From Negaprion brevirostris (taxonomy: Eukaryota), in NCBI GenBank assembly GCA_030324005.1, contig JARDVH010000059.1:96412023-96475125 (forward strand): DNA of 63,103 nt, read 5' to 3'. Shown here piece by piece: positions 61,209 to 63,103 of this stretch (position 1 is the first letter of the stretch; each line of letters starts with the position of its first letter). The notes under the pieces were generated by a model. It was not told where the DNA came from. It was given only the letters and a program-made list of their open reading frames with translations, and did not search any database. Both the position numbers and the translations under genes were made by a program.

Positions 61209-61676
61209 GTACATGAAGAAAAGCATGTGAAGGAGCACACTAAGATGGCTAAGTAGCATTTCGGCAGCAACATGGATTATTACCCATGGAAGTTCATGAA
61301 GGGAAGTCCATTCAATCTTTAAATTGGTTGTGTGTTTTTTGTTCAATTCCACTAACTCACTGAGGATAGAACTTCAGCACTTCCAGCTTTTAAAAAGAAA
61401 ATTGGGCATTGATTCTCATCAGTTCCTAACTGAAATTATTTTACTTGTGCAGTGTAGGTGAATCACATGAGAAACATACATAGCAAGACAAAGNNNNNNN
61501 NNNNNNNNNNNNNNNNNNNNNNNNNNNNNNNNNNNNNNNNNNNNNNNNNNNNNNNNNNNNNNNNNNNNNNNNNNNNNNNNNNNNNNNNNNNNNNNNNNNN
61601 NNNNNNNNNNNNNNNNNNNNNNNNNNNNNNNNNNNNNNNNNNNNNNNNNNNNNNNNNNNNNNNNNNNNNNNTGTAA

Positions 61677-63005
61677 CCATTCTTTGTTTAAAGAAGTTTC
61701 TCTTGCGTTTCTTATCGGGTTAATTAATGATTATCTTACATCTGTGGAAGCTAGTTTTGGATTCCCCATATCTGGAAATGTCTTTACATCTACATAAAAC
61801 CTATCAAACACTTTCTAAAGACCTCTCACCCTCAGGCTTCTTTTTCTAGAAAAAAAGCCTCAACTTCTGTTCAGTCTGTCTGGATAGGTATTTTCTCTTA
61901 GCTCTGGAATCATCCTGTTAAAGCATGTTTCCACTTTCTCTGATGCCCCTCTATTATTTTTATAATATGGAGACTTGAAATGTTCCAAGTATGGTCTAAC
62001 CAAGGTTCTGTACAAGTTTAACATGAGTTCTGTGCATTTCAATTCTATTCTCTGAGAAATGAACTCTAGTGTACTGTTTGCTTTTTCATGGCTTCATTAA
62101 CCAGTGTTGCTACCTTTCATGATTTGTGTATCTCTACCCCTTAGATCCCTCTACTCCGCTAACCCTTTTTGATACTTGTATTCAAAGGAGAATGTGGCTT
62201 CCTTATTCATCCCACCAAATATATCACCTCACACTTGTCTGCATTGATGTTCATTTACCAACAATATAAATAAATTGATTAATATTGTCATATAGTTGCC
62301 GCAGTATTCATATATATTAACTATACAACCTATTGTGGTGTTTTTCACTCATTCATGGACTAGAATTTATTGTCCAAACCTAATTTTCCTTGAATTGAGT
62401 GGCTTGCTAGGCCATTTCAGAGTCAATCACTTTGCTGTGGGTTTGGAGTCACATGTAGGGCAGTCCAAGTAAGGATGACTGATTTCTTCCCTTTAAGGCT
62501 TTTACAACAATCAACAATGGTTTCATGGCTGTGGTTAGACTTTTAATTCCAGATTTTTATTGAAATCAAATTTCACCATTTGCTGTGGTGGGATTCAAAC
62601 GCAGGTCACCAGGACATTGCCCAAAGTCCCTGGATTACTAATCCAGTGACAATATCATTATGCCATCACCAGAAAATTTTGAAATCATATTTTCAATTTG
62701 AAATTCAAATGGTTTACATCAGAAGCAGAAATGGCTCCAACACTTGTCCTTGTGGAACACTGCTTCCCCAGCTTTTGTCCGTCTTAGAAATGACCTTTAA
62801 CCTCCATTGTCTTGCAATCTATAGCTAACTTGCTATCCATTTCTGTCCACAGACTCCCCAAGTTTTTATCTTAATCCTCCTCTGTGGTACCTCTGTCGTT
62901 AGTAACTTATAGAAAACATTTGCAAATCCCAACTTATTAAATCTTCTACTACTCAAGTCTATCCTTCCTATCACCTCCTTAAAGTATCCAAAAAGGTTGG
63001 CCTAA
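61677..63005 (-). mobile_element. Old CR1 RT fragment interrupted by a family-2 SINE (62341-62672, minus strand)
   Basis: LNLYRTLVRPYLEH; degenerate VPQG.VL on the far side of the SINE. Confidence 0.75.
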
Positions 63006-63103
63006 TGTTCATTAAGTGTAGCTGCACATATTTTAAACTGGTTGATATGTATATGTATACCTCAGAAATATATTGCTTACAAAAGTAATGAAGTTTCACT
63101 CTG

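Noticed and set aside
1-63103. CRISPR arrays, operons or other prokaryotic or viral systems
   Set aside because: No regularly spaced repeat-spacer array or intronless gene cluster; the window is a spliced vertebrate gene with TE-rich introns.

Overview
Eukaryotic genomic DNA from a cartilaginous fish, most likely a shark. This is judged from HE1/V-SINE-type SINEs, CR1/HER1, Rex1, Penelope and Harbinger repeats. The assembly is a draft with many N gaps. The whole window is the interior of one + strand gene, an RGS22 (regulator of G-protein signalling 22) homologue. I could assemble 20 consecutive phase-compatible coding exons (488..61208, 3438 nt, 1146 aa); the start and stop exons lie outside the window. 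Two of the 19 internal introns need non-canonical GC donors, and one exon contains a 10-N gap. The introns are a dense, nested TE landscape: a decayed Ty3/Gypsy element with PPT and 3' LTR, two solo LTRs (one holding a perfect 46-bp inverted repeat), Harbinger/hAT-type elements and MITEs, and three different Penelope-type families with degenerate hammerhead-ribozyme cores. I see no clear evidence for a wholly new protein-coding system. The best leads are the hammerhead-bearing mini-retroelements, the perfect inverted repeat in a solo LTR, and the divergent RGS22 with two GC-AG introns. Comparisons with human RGS22 and TE consensus sequences are from memory and unverified, and TE boundaries are approximate unless a TSD is quoted.
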